NCBI GenBank assembly: GCA_964035545.1
Contig: OZ037767.1
Span: 14,636,998-14,700,997, forward strand
Direction of reading: 5' to 3'
Source of the DNA: Bugula neritina
Taxonomy: Eukaryota; Animalia; Bryozoa
Length of the DNA: 64,000 nucleotides
In this document: positions 26,201 through 42,517 of the stretch, one piece after another
Layout: each line of letters starts with the position of its first letter
Numbering within the stretch: the first letter of the stretch is position 1
The notes under the pieces: model-generated
What the model saw: only the letters and a program-made list of their open reading frames with translations
Databases searched by the model: none
What the model was told of the DNA's origin: nothing
Translations under genes and position numbers: made by a program

Positions 26201-28009
26201 AGGTAAATAAATGTTCAGCTGTTATAGAGCTGCAAATTTTCTGCATTTAAAAAAGCAAATTTTGTTTCTATACACTGTGATATATCTAAAAATGACCAAT
26301 TATTATAATTATTATTATGGTCACCTTTGGTCACCTTTCACCGCCGTGGTCTTGCGCGTGTGGCGGAATTATAATTATTATTATAATTACTATAATTTAA
26401 TTTTTATAATCAGAATATATGTAATTTATATTGGCTCAATACTGCCAACCTTATTTGAAGTAGATAGCTGTAGCTTTTAGTTTAAGTCATTGATACTGGA
26501 TAGTAACTATGATGGTATCTTTCCACTCTCAAAACCAGTTTGTGAAAAGCAATAATGGCAAAGTTTAGCTGTATAGTGTGATGCAGCATCAATACACACG
26601 GACTTCAAACTTTGTCCTGCTTCTACGATATAATGCATAGCCTACTAGTCTATTGTTACATGTAATGGGAGCAGTGTATGCCCACCCACACTATGTAAAA
26701 TAATCTTCTGCTAACTTTTTCTTAGCCCGTCTGAGAGCCCATGTTGTGGAGACAACTGCAAAGTGAGATCAGCATCTGAAAACTACGAGTGTAGAGCTGC
26801 AACCTCCTGCAGTGAAGCTGCTACGTGTAGCGGGACGAGTGCCTGCCCACCCAAACTTAGCAAGCCCAACGGAACTGAATGCGAGGGAGGATCAGTATGC
26901 TATTTTGGGGTAGGAACATTCAATGATGTCAAAAATCAGGCAGCATGTTAATTTGATCATTTTACCTAATTTAGTACATACTCGATAGATCACTAGTTTT
27001 TTAGCTATTTTTCACAATTTAGCTGCTGATGTATATAGTTTCTTGCCCTAAACTAATAAAATACTAAAAATACAGCTGAATAACCAAAGCTTTTTTAGTT
27101 TTGCTTGATTTTCTATGCTTTTTTAAAATTTTTTTAGTAAATTTGGATGTGCGGCCAGAATGACTTTTTCACCACGGTTCATATTTATATACATAATATT
27201 TAGCTCATATGACAGTGACAGTGTACTTTAATATTACAAATCAGCTGTTTTTGTTGCAAATAGTTAAAATTAGCATTTAAAATTACCCCGTGTAATAAAT
27301 TTTCATGAATTTTAAGCAAACTTTAATTTTGGTCATCATTTGTGTACTAAATAAAGTAGATTGACCGTTTTTGCTCATTAGCTTTTTTAATTTCCAGCCT
27401 ACTAATAATTTGCTTTCCTAAATTAAATATTAGAAATATTAAAATATTATATAATTAATGTATTTACTTGGCCAATACATTAGGAATGCTCCAATGCAGT
27501 TTGCCAAGCTAATGGGTACGAGCTGTGTCAATGCCCTCCAGAAGTTGCAGACGACTGGGCCGATGAGAACCTGTGTAAGCTATGCTGCTGGAAGGAGGGG
27601 GCCTGCACTTTCTCCTCGGAAATACCTGAGATTACTAAGGATGTTAGCGGAGTTCGTGGCCAGCCTTGCTACGACTATCAAGGGTACTGCGATGCCTTTC
27701 TCAAATGTAGAAAGGTTTGTATCCTGCTACAGCCAGGTCCCAGAATGCCATAGTCTGTTGATTATTGCTGTTGCATTCTGGGACTGCTCTTTTCAGTAAA
27801 TCTGTTAAGGCTTTTAACTTCCATTAATGTTTACATATAATATTTACATACTTAATTGATGTGTAATTAGCAACGCTGAATATATAAGCCATACCAACCA
27901 ATGATTTATAAGCTTAAACCAAACTATATGTTGTATAATATAATATATTATATACTATGTATTGTACATAATATATTATGTGTTGTATATATTATAATTA
28001 TATTAAATG

Positions 28010-28066
<57 letters not shown>

Positions 28067-28947
28067 ACCTTAGGCATTAGATATGTTGTATTATATAGTA
28101 TATATTATATATGCTGTATATTATATGTCATGCATTATATAATATTGTATGTTATATGCTATATATTATATGCTAAACATTATATTGTGACCAACATGAT
28201 ATATGTTTTCATACACATAACATACACATCTACGCTGGTGGACATATTATACTGTGGAGTTATCTCCTTTCAGCTGGATCCAGTGGGTACCATCAACAAC
28301 CTGAGTAAGTTACTCTCCAGTGAGGAGGGTCTGGCTACAGTCACAGAGTGGCTCAGGGCTAACTGGTACATCCCAGTCTCCTCTGTTGTCGGCTTTGTTA
28401 TTGCTTTGGTGAGTCCAACTATTTACTATTTTGATTATAGTTATATAACGGACTACCAGAGTTTGGACTTTCAGTCTTACATAAATTATATAAAAATGCT
28501 AATTTTTTTGCCTTTCATATAGACTTTGGTGCTTAAAGATGGCAATTACAGTTGTTCAGGTGTAAAATAAAACTCACTATGATCAAGTTCTTCTCTCAAT
28601 TCGTAAACAAAGACTTAAAACTTTGCCTATGTCCGATTTCTCACTTTTAGTGACTTTGAAATGTATCACGTTTGTTCATTACTCAATGTTAGCACCTAAT
28701 TAACAATATGAAAGTCACACTTAACTTAACGTGAGCAATCTGTAACATAGAAAGAGATAAAACTGTGCACATTATGTGCAAAGCTGACATATTATATTAA
28801 TTCAATATAATTATACTGTCTATATTTATTGCTATTTCTTTTTAGGCTCTGGTTGTGAAATTCTGTGCAAAACATGAACCAATTGTCCCCCCTGAAAAGG
28901 ATGCGCCCAGTAAGAAGAATCAGGTTTCACCAACATCTAAGGTTTAG
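18960..28947 (+). CDS. ADAM10: ADAM10/Kuzbanian-like disintegrin and metalloproteinase (~745 aa)
   Basis: 15 in-phase exons: 18960-19038, 19552-19702, 20097-20215, 21169-21329, 21845-21976, 22084-22285, 22610-22734, 23922-24059, 24427-24555, 25566-25752, 26040-26202, 26726-26909, 27484-27714, 28274-28408, 28846-28947. Motifs: signal peptide, prodomain, furin site RQRR, FCLAYTFTHRDFNDGTLGLAW, SLNTGIVT, zinc motif HELAHSLGSEHD, Met-turn NYIMFPKA, disintegrin CGNRIVEEGEDCDCG, Cys-rich QPCYDYQGYCDAFLKCR, TM helix. It may be a paralogue rather than the orthologue. Confidence 0.92.
20203..20280 (+). repeat. 23-bp tandem repeat spanning the ADAM exon 3 donor
   Basis: GGTCACATTGAAGGTTAGTTGAA x ~3.4. 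Confidence 0.85.
24845..25251. mobile_element. MITE family A, copy 1 (ADAM intron 9)
   Basis: 21-bp TIR TTTACTTCATTTAGTACACAC / GTGTGTACTAAATTAAGTAAA (20/21 match). The interior is homologous to the reverse complement of 26961-27360. Confidence 0.75.
25876..26018. repeat. (AGT/AGC)n trinucleotide microsatellite
   Basis: Mixed AGT/AGC run just upstream of the acceptor at 26039. Confidence 0.95.
26319..26366 (+). mobile_element. ~38-bp GC-rich insertion, copy 1 (10-bp head duplicated)
   Basis: GGTCACCTTT-GGTCACCTTTCACCGCCGTGGTCTTGCGCGTGTGGCGG flanked by the direct repeat ATTATAATTATTATTAT (26302-26318 and 26368-26384). Confidence 0.55.
26961..27360. mobile_element. MITE family A, copy 2 (ADAM intron 12), inverted relative to copy 1
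   Basis: TIR-like ends TTTACCTAATTTAGTACATAC / TGTGTACTAAATAAAGTAGA; internal similarity to 24845-25251 on the opposite strand. Confidence 0.7.
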
Positions 28948-30879
28948 AGTTCCAACGTCTACAGCTAGCACATTAGTTAAGATATATAAATTCTTTTATT
29001 GCTATAAGATTACATTACTGCATTGTTTTATTACTACATTACTATTACATAATATTATTATACTGTGATCATGTAAAATAATGAATATTTTTGGTTAAGC
29101 TCTGGCTACATGACAGTTTGATGGCTTATTTTTGAGATTCTGTGCTAAAATTCAATTTGATTGCTTTTATTATATGTACTTTCACACTTTTGCGCACGCA
29201 TATGTAGCTGCAACATACTAGTATTTTTTATACGATAAAAATTTCATAAATTAAAATTTTCATGACCTTATGATATTATATTTTATATATACCGTACTTT
29301 ATATTTTTAATATATAATATATTATAATATATTTTGTATAGCTTTAATATTGTTATCTTTATAATATTACTATTTTTTGTTACTACTTCACAAATTTAAT
29401 CAGTTATATTTGACTGTGCATTTTGAGTTAAATCAATGATTGAATGAAAAGTATAACTGAAATTGCCACACAGTATAAGAGTTTCTGAAACTTCCTGAGT
29501 TTAATTACAACGGCAAACAGCATACATAGGGCCATTGGATATTCAACCTGCTTTTAATATTATTCAAATAATTTGAATCAATAGCAGCAAAACTTCAAAA
29601 ATATTTATTTCCGTTAGTTTTCAGTGAATGAAGTTTTATATACATCTCAAATGTTCTATTATGTTGTCAATTGAATATGTAAAAATCTAAAAATTTAATT
29701 TAATTTCGTTTCTCCACCGTGTGAAATACTGACATGTCATGATACATGGTTGTTTTTAAAGGCATGTATACAAAATAAATATAACTGTTATAAGTTTTCC
29801 AGCTGACACTTAACATTGAAAAGCAGTGCAAAACCAAAAAACATAATTTGTGCTATGAATTCTTGTTTGAACAACTAAAGACATGATTTCCAGGCACAAA
29901 AGTATATTGGTGTGCCAATATCATAGAAATGCAAAATGAAAGCTTTATGCATTCCTCTATTTCGTTGTTTTTGCAAAAATATTTCATCGCCCATGCATGA
30001 ATTATTGGTAAAAAGAAATACTTGTTTTAATTTTGGAAAACATTTGTAATTTTCCATATCATAAAACTTGTCTGTGTGACTCATTTAAAAGCAGTGACAG
30101 TAATGTCAGTTAATACAATAAAATAGTGACAGTAGAGGCAGTAAATACAATAATAGTAGTACTAGTAGTAGCAGTGAATAAAACAAATCTCATAATTAGA
30201 ACTCTAAAAAACAAGATTGGCAAACATTTTCAGTTTAAAATTTAATGAAAGGTATACTGAGGAGTGTTTTATTTCATTGCATAATATGCAGCTAAACAGT
30301 TGAATCTTAAAGCTATCCTATATATAAATATTAGAATACTTCAAAAGGATATTATGGCTTAAAAAAAACAACAGAGCAAAAGATTGAGCTTCAATGAATT
30401 TCATGAAAACTGGCCTTACTTGAAAAAATCAATAGTTATAACATTTTTATATGTTCAAATATAAACCTTCATATTAGAAAACTAAATTCATAAACTGTTA
30501 ACTGACTAATCAGATCATAGCTTAGAATCAAATTGTCTAATCAGATCATGGCTTAGAATCAAACTGTCCAATCAGATCATGGGTGAGAGGTAAACTAATT
30601 TTTAGTTCTTTTTTGGGGCTCAGCATACATAGATCGTCTTAGAGAATTACTTGTACGTAAACCATAACTTTAACATAATATTATTATATATTACCATATT
30701 ACAATATAGCCATATTACTGTTGTATGTCAGACAAAATGATACAAATATTAGCACGACTTTTGTTGTCTGCGTTCAGTAATATAAACAGCTGTGATATTC
30801 TTACGCATAATCGGTGGAAACTTTGCACGTCATTTATATATCTGTCAGCAAGTTGATTAGTTTTTGAGACGCAAGAAAA

Positions 30880-33800
30880 TCAGCTGCCGCGCTGGCAACG
30901 GCTGGAGTGGCAGCAGAATATATTCAGAAAGTTGGTACGGAAGAGCTTATTCATGAGACAGTAGATGATAAAGTTGACGGAGCTGTTAAAGATGATGAGT
31001 AAATCGAAGATGCCGGCCAACTTGAGGTAAATATTGTCAAAGAAGGTCGTTCCCATCACATGACTGCAAGAAAACAAGAAATGTTATGTATGATACAAGT
31101 TTAACAGTGACATATATTATGTAATTAGATTATAGAAAAAATGTAAATTTTACTTTGATTTTTGTTTAACAAAGAGCTATATTAAGAATAAATATAATCA
31201 ATAGTTTTTATATCTCCAAAACTTTTAATTTCACTCAGTAACATTAGTATACGAGGTTGGTGAGAGATAATAAATCTTATTCAATTGAAGAGTAGCCAAT
31301 GACTTTATAATAAGCCAACTATAATTTGAATTGGTGATTACATCATGCAGGCAATTTTGAAGAATGCTTTCAACACATCATTTAGAGAAGCAGAATTTAT
31401 TTAAAGGTGTTGATAAAACCACACACTGAGCAATGCCACCTTCAAGCATATAATACTAATACTAGTATTAATAAATCTACCAATATCCAACTGGTAATTA
31501 GATTAAACAAACAACTTTGTAGAATTTACATCACAGAACTTATGGAAGCTTAATTTACAAAAGATATTGATAAGATCATAGCCGCACCCTATTATGATGA
31601 AAAAGTCCAAACACTGAATAAAATGCAAATTATATGGTAATAGAATTATGATAATTATTTTGTAAAAGCATACAGTAGATGATTTAATAAAGAGTAATGT
31701 TTATAGATCTACGTATATTAAAATATATTGAGAAGTTAACTTAATTATATACCAAAGATTACAACAAATGTGAAACCTGTTTAGACATGCAACAAACTAT
31801 AGATAATGATATTAAGTTCAGAAACGAATTGCAATCATTTGGTAAGCAACATACTTTTAATCAGTGTTTGAGTAATCATAAAAGATATCCTTCCCAATGC
31901 CACTATAATTATGTTATATATACTGGCTTCAATCACTTTAAATGCTGAACATATAAGAGCACATTGTGCTGTTAAAATTTTATAATTATACAAACCGAAT
32001 TTCATGTATGATATTCAAAAGTTTAAACTGGGAACTTTTCTTGCTAATGCATAATTTTTTTTAAACACAACACAAGCACACTTATTGTAGACGAGTACAT
32101 GAATATAATAACCTGAGCAGGAGAAGTAAGGCAATGGGGAACTCGGCTAGAAAGGCTGTGATCACAAGCACAAGTAACATCATTGTTGTCCGGTTCGTCT
32201 GCCGTCTACGTGGAGAACAGGCGTAGGAGACAACTTTTCTACCTTTTTCCGAATTACCTGCGTTAGAGGAACATTTGCGACAGGCTGAGTTGTGACGGCT
32301 GCCTTCCTCAAATGAGGTTAATTGAGTAGAATCTCTTGCGACTAGTTTGGTAAACTGAGACTGCACCTACAAATCAAATTAATGAAATAGACTAAAAAGT
32401 ATTAGAAAAAAAGTTCTTTCACCGTATAATTTGTAAGATTAGGCATCAATTGCAGACTTTTAAATTACACTGGAAAATAAACAATGCGTTCCAGGCGTCA
32501 TTTGTCTTAGATTGAATTTCCAATGCAGCCACAACTTTAGACATAACATAATAATTACAACTTGAGATTAATTGCATTAAACATAACACTGAACGATATA
32601 CACATAAACAGTGTTTAAATTAAATGCAATTAAATTAAAATAAACTTGCCTTACAGAGTTTATGTATGAGCAAAGAACTGAAGATGGCAATCAGTAGGCA
32701 AGGTATCATTTTACCAGCGATTGCGACAATCCAAAACTGGATTTCCAGAAGCTTCTGGAAGCTCTGTTTCTCGGCCTCAGAAGAATTCACATGGCCAATG
32801 TCAATAAACCACGTTTCCTTGAGAACAGAACTGTTAACTTGTAGCCCATCATCTGCGCGAGAAGTACATAAATGAAACAATATTATGATAGTTAAAGATA
32901 TTTTATTCTGCACAACAACCTCAATGCTGTTATGGCTACAATGTATTGTAAATAAAATATTTTTGAAGCTAGTATATGTGTTTCTTGTTTAACTGAAAAG
33001 ATAAAAAAATATAGTAATAATTATATTTTTAGCATTATGATAGAAGCAGCTATTTAGGTGTCAGATATTATAGCTATACTAATTATTATATAATATCAGT
33101 GCTGAAAATTTTAGAAATTTATTTTCCCAATGCAGCTTACATGTTTGCTTGAGTCAAGTGGGTAAAAATCAATTGCAACATAATAACTAAAAATACAATC
33201 GGAAAAGGGATTCTAACACCTGCATGACATTTCAGTAGGCTACTTGAACTTCAATGACCTTCAATGATATCTTTTATTTAAAAGCTGATAGAATTAAGAA
33301 TCAATAAATGGAAAACAAACTACGTTTTAGTACAAACATAACTAAAAGGTAAATATTTCTTTGGCTGATTATTAGAAAAAATTCGATGAGCTTCATGAAA
33401 AAAGCTAAACCTTTCATTTGATTGGCTTGTGCTCTAAAAAATCTAAAATTACTTAGGTACTTCAAAAGACTACCAGAAGCTATTTAAATGTTTTTGCTCT
33501 TTATTTGCTAGCCAAACACAAACTAAGTTCATGGAAGGGCTCTATAGGCAGCTACGAATTGGAAGTGAGTGAATGCAGTAGTTGTAGGTTCTTAAGGTTG
33601 GAGTTATGAGTTTAGTGGAACTGCTTACAAAACCATTCAAGCTCATGGCTACCTTGGTGTTCGTATTCAACATGGACTCTCAGTGCCATGAAGTTAGGTA
33701 TTTGCAGGAGGGTTGTGATCACGGAGATGGCTGTGATTGCCAGGACTACATGTTTGTGACTCGCATACTTCTTGCCGACTCTACACAAGACAACCAGCCA

Positions 33801-35173
33801 GCGGAAGAAGCAGAGATAGACAGTCAGCCATAAGGATATCGTGTGAGACAGCAAACTGAGGTGTGCAAATACCTGAAGAGTTCAACAATATTACTACCAT
33901 TAGAATGAATTGTTCTATAAGCAGCTCCAAGTTGTGGGTCTCAAGTTTGAAGTTTGGGACCAAACTTGAGACCCTCAAACTAAAGTCATCCGTCACCCCA
34001 ACTCGGAGCTGCTTATAGAACAATTCCAATAAAATAGGCGTCCTGTATTAGTTATGCATTGAAAGAGCACTTCCCAACACAGTTGCACTATAATCTGATG
34101 AATATCCTCTGTACTAAGATATGACAGACCACCAGTGAGTTTTTCTCAAACGTTTTGTGAAAAAGGATAATGCCCTCTTATACGGCGGATTAATAAGCAG
34201 GTTATGTACTGTTATTATGACATTCATGAGAACAACTTAGTTATTCCATTGTGATGACAATTATGATGATGTTCAGCAAACTGCTGAGAAAGTCACCCAA
34301 GAAAGGTGCTAGCTAATTATCGACCTGTTGAAAATAATTAGCTGAAAGTGTTCACCTTCCCTCTTATAATCACGTAGATTAGGACAGAAATCTATAATCA
34401 TTTATATGTACAGCAGTTAATCTGAGTTGAGCCAACACATAGCAAGACACCCCTGGGTTTATTCATTTGCCAAATTGCCTGAAAACAAATTTATGCTTCT
34501 ACAATAATTAAAGTAGTCTGTACTAAATGCTAGAAGCAGCAATTAAAGTGAGTCGATTCTCTCACTGATCCCCCCATAATTTGAGGTTTTAACTTAGTAG
34601 TCTCTAATTTTGTCTTGCATCAAAACAAAATATTGGGGCTTACCACACCTTTTGGACTAACCGTCCCTCTAACCACCATGAGACAGAAGTTAATGAACAT
34701 AAAGCAGTGCTATGACTGCAAATATTCGATGCAATAGAAAGGAGTTAACTACACTTGGTAATTAAGTGCATTAAACTTTCTTATAATTGATTAAAGTTCT
34801 CCCACGAGGTGTTTAAGTACGAGGCATAATTGCCACCTACCAGCTTGTAGTAAACAAACGCCAAAGACTTGTCGATCTGCTCATTGTTGGCACCAATTAT
34901 CTTTGGAATATAGAGTAGGATGGTGAAGATATCGGCAGCCGCCACACTGCTTAGGATCAGGTTGGTGGGCGTCCTCATTGCCGGTCTCGTCAGCACCACC
35001 AGGTTGAAGAAATTTGCTATGATTCCAGTGGTGCAGATGACCAGAGAGACAACCATGTGGTCAGCGCTGTTTACATAAGCCTCGATATTGTCAAGTATTT
35101 CATACTTGCTGTCCAACGGCAAAACCATCTCGTTGGTAGAAGGCGTAGTGGAATTGTTCAATAGGTTTTCCAT
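30880..35173 (-). CDS. Class A peptide GPCR, myosuppressin/DmsR-1/sex-peptide/FMRFamide receptor-like (~405 aa)
   Basis: Exons 35173-34841, 33872-33629 (alternative donor at 33653), 32852-32650, 32366-32113, 31063-30880. TM motifs: GIIANFFNLVVLTRPAMRTPTNLILSSVAAAD, HTISLWLTVYLCFFRW, KMIPCLLI, RTTMMLLVLVITAFLAEFP, DLLIIFNSSVNFIIYCLMNKLFR. Confidence 0.88.
33907..34026. mobile_element. Short palindromic MITE family B (GPCR intron 1)
   Basis: TIR GAATTGTTCTATAAGCAGCTCCAAGTTG / CAACTCGGAGCTGCTTATAGAACAATTC with an internal hairpin. Related copies at 62345-62488 and a partial one at ~33540-33620. Confidence 0.75.
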
Positions 35174-35687
35174 GCCACTAATTCAAATAAAAAGATCTGA
35201 TATAACTAATCCATCAGTTTATAAAAGACGGATATTCTCCATGAGGAAATTACTTGTTATGCCACTGTGAATAAATGTAGTCGTCCAATTACCAGCAACG
35301 AAACTCAATACATTTTGTGTGAGACCTATCTAATTAAACACCAAGTAATGAGTGAATTCTACAGCATGAACTGAACTTGATTTGTATCGACCCACGCTGT
35401 GTAGACTAGAAATTACAATTCATAAGTATATCCCACGTGTACATCAATCAGTTAGTCTAAGACAATATATTATTATATAGCGTCAGGTTGAAGTAACTAA
35501 TCATGTCTGAATGCTCAATGATTAGCAATTCCATCAGTTTTATAAAATTTGTTCAAAAGGTTTTTAATTAGTTTTTTTTCTTAGGCCTAGAATGGCAAAA
35601 CAGTCTACATCCACAGTAGCAAAAGAATTTGTTCTACATTACACTACAAAACTATACAGATAAAGCTAAGGCTATACGTAATGTGTC

Positions 35688-35736
35688 TATATATACATAT
35701 ATGATATATACATATATACATATATATATTATATAT

Positions 35737-35812
<76 letters not shown>

Positions 35813-35875
35813 AATATACACACATGCATATATATATATGTGTGTATATATATATATATAATTATATATAATATA

Positions 35876-35920
<45 letters not shown>

Positions 35921-35949
35921 TATATGTGTGTGTAATATACACACATGCA

Positions 35950-36040
<91 letters not shown>

Positions 36041-36064
36041 GCATGTGTGTATATTACACACACA
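35688..36064. repeat. Compound (TA)n/(CA)n microsatellite between the divergent GPCR and TMX1 genes
   Basis: TA/CA runs with the repeated module TGTGTGTAATATACACACATGCAT and its inverse. Confidence 0.9.
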
Positions 36065-36458
36065 TCGACATATTATATATTGTAAAAAAATTATTTTAAT
36101 GCCCTATGTTGAGGTTTTTGAAGCAAAAGTAAAAGAAATGAAACATCCATATTTTCACTATCACAAGTTAAACGGACTTAAAATTTATTTGTATTAAATT
36201 ACTAGCAACTAGAAACAAGAAGGTTTCAAAAACACTTCAGCACTTTATAGTGTTACCAGAGCATGTAGGAATTATCAGCAATAAATTATAAAAAACTGAA
36301 GCTCAAAAAGACAAAAGTTAGGAGTTGTCTTTCCGGGAATAAAATTGTAACCATAAGAATTTTGATTGTTCTAATTTGTTTCCGCTTATAAGTTGGCAAG
36401 TTTAAGTTGCAAGTTTCTTATTACCAGTATTCTACATTTAGTACCATTAACCGTCTCC

Positions 36459-41286
<4,828 letters not shown>

Positions 41287-42043
41287 ATGGATAATTGATT
41301 TTTATAGAACCAATGAAATCTCTGTTTAGAAATCAATATACATGTACTGTGGTATGCTATTGGCTAGTTATTGTGGCATTACTATGACCAATATGATAGT
41401 TCAGCTTATGCATATGCAGTATATACATGTGAAGGCCTTATTTATACCACCCTTCCCCCTGTTTCCAATCAAACTAATTCCGATGCTGTTCAAATTTTAA
41501 AGACGATGTTTCTATTGTTAAGCTTTGAGAGAATTATAACCATACAATTTAAAGTTATTCAAACAATTTCAAATACTTATTATTATTTGTCACCTTTTCA
41601 TATACTATTTTTTATAACTTTTTTCTTTTGTCATTTTACTTTTATGTGAAATGGCAAAAGTTGACAATCATACTTTTTATAGCATATCTCTTTTTTAAAT
41701 TTTGTTTTTCATTTTCCCCAATTTAAAAATCAATAAAAACAAATCAACAAAAATCATCAAAAGCTGTACTACTGGTATCATTGTTTTACAAATTTACTCT
41801 CGAGGTTTAAGAATACCATTTCTAAAACCAGAATCTTAATATGTAATATTAATTAATACACGGCCACAATATATTTTCAGAATTTTGGAGCTAGTATCCT
41901 TTACTGGGTTCAACAAATTATAAAACTGGACATGTTTCTAAAAAGTGGATTTGAAAAAATATTTTAGCAGTAACATTTTAGTTCGATTCTGCGTGCAAAT
42001 AGTCTTGCTTTTCCACGTGCTTAGAGGTGAGCATAGTCATATA

Positions 42044-42056
42044 GTTGCTATGCAAC
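42044..42056. promoter_or_regulatory. RFX X-box-like palindrome upstream of MOK
   Basis: GTTGCTATGCAAC lies ~460 bp upstream of the inferred MOK ATG and resembles the X-box consensus GTNRCC(N0-3)RGYAAC. Confidence 0.5.
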
Positions 42057-42517
42057 GCAATTGTACGCGCAACAGTATTTTATTGAATAAAACCCTTATT
42101 GCACAATTATTAGTTACTGCACATAAAATTAATGTATCAGTCTTTTGAAATTTATTTAGAGATTGTTTTAAATCAAGTAAAATATAAATGTTAACAAAAA
42201 TATTTCTGCCACACTACGGTGATCGTTTTGAACGCGTACAATCTTCTATAATGTGAGTCATTCGCCCCACAAAGTTCAGTGGTGGGGTACTGAACAGCGA
42301 AAGTTGGATACCATACTCTTCGAGCGCATTGAATATCAATATTTTATGCAATATTTCATAGTGAAATACTATGGTATTTGGTTAAATTTTTATTAGCGTA
42401 TTTTGAGCAAAAATTAATTATTCACGTCTTCCCTCTCACAGTATTTGCGTCATGAGATTATCCTTATACGCCGAACAAAGTTGATATAAATTAAAATATG
42501 CTCACAGATGACTTGGA

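Noticed and set aside
33781-34029. 82-aa minus-strand ORF overlapping GPCR exon 2
   Set aside because: It is mostly MITE sequence and is out of frame with the receptor's TM3 motif.
35629-36197. Stack of ORFs with [10 protein letters not shown] translations (also at 23026, 39762, 54387, 56282-57175)
   Set aside because: These are translations of (TA)n/(CA)n microsatellites, which lack stops by construction.
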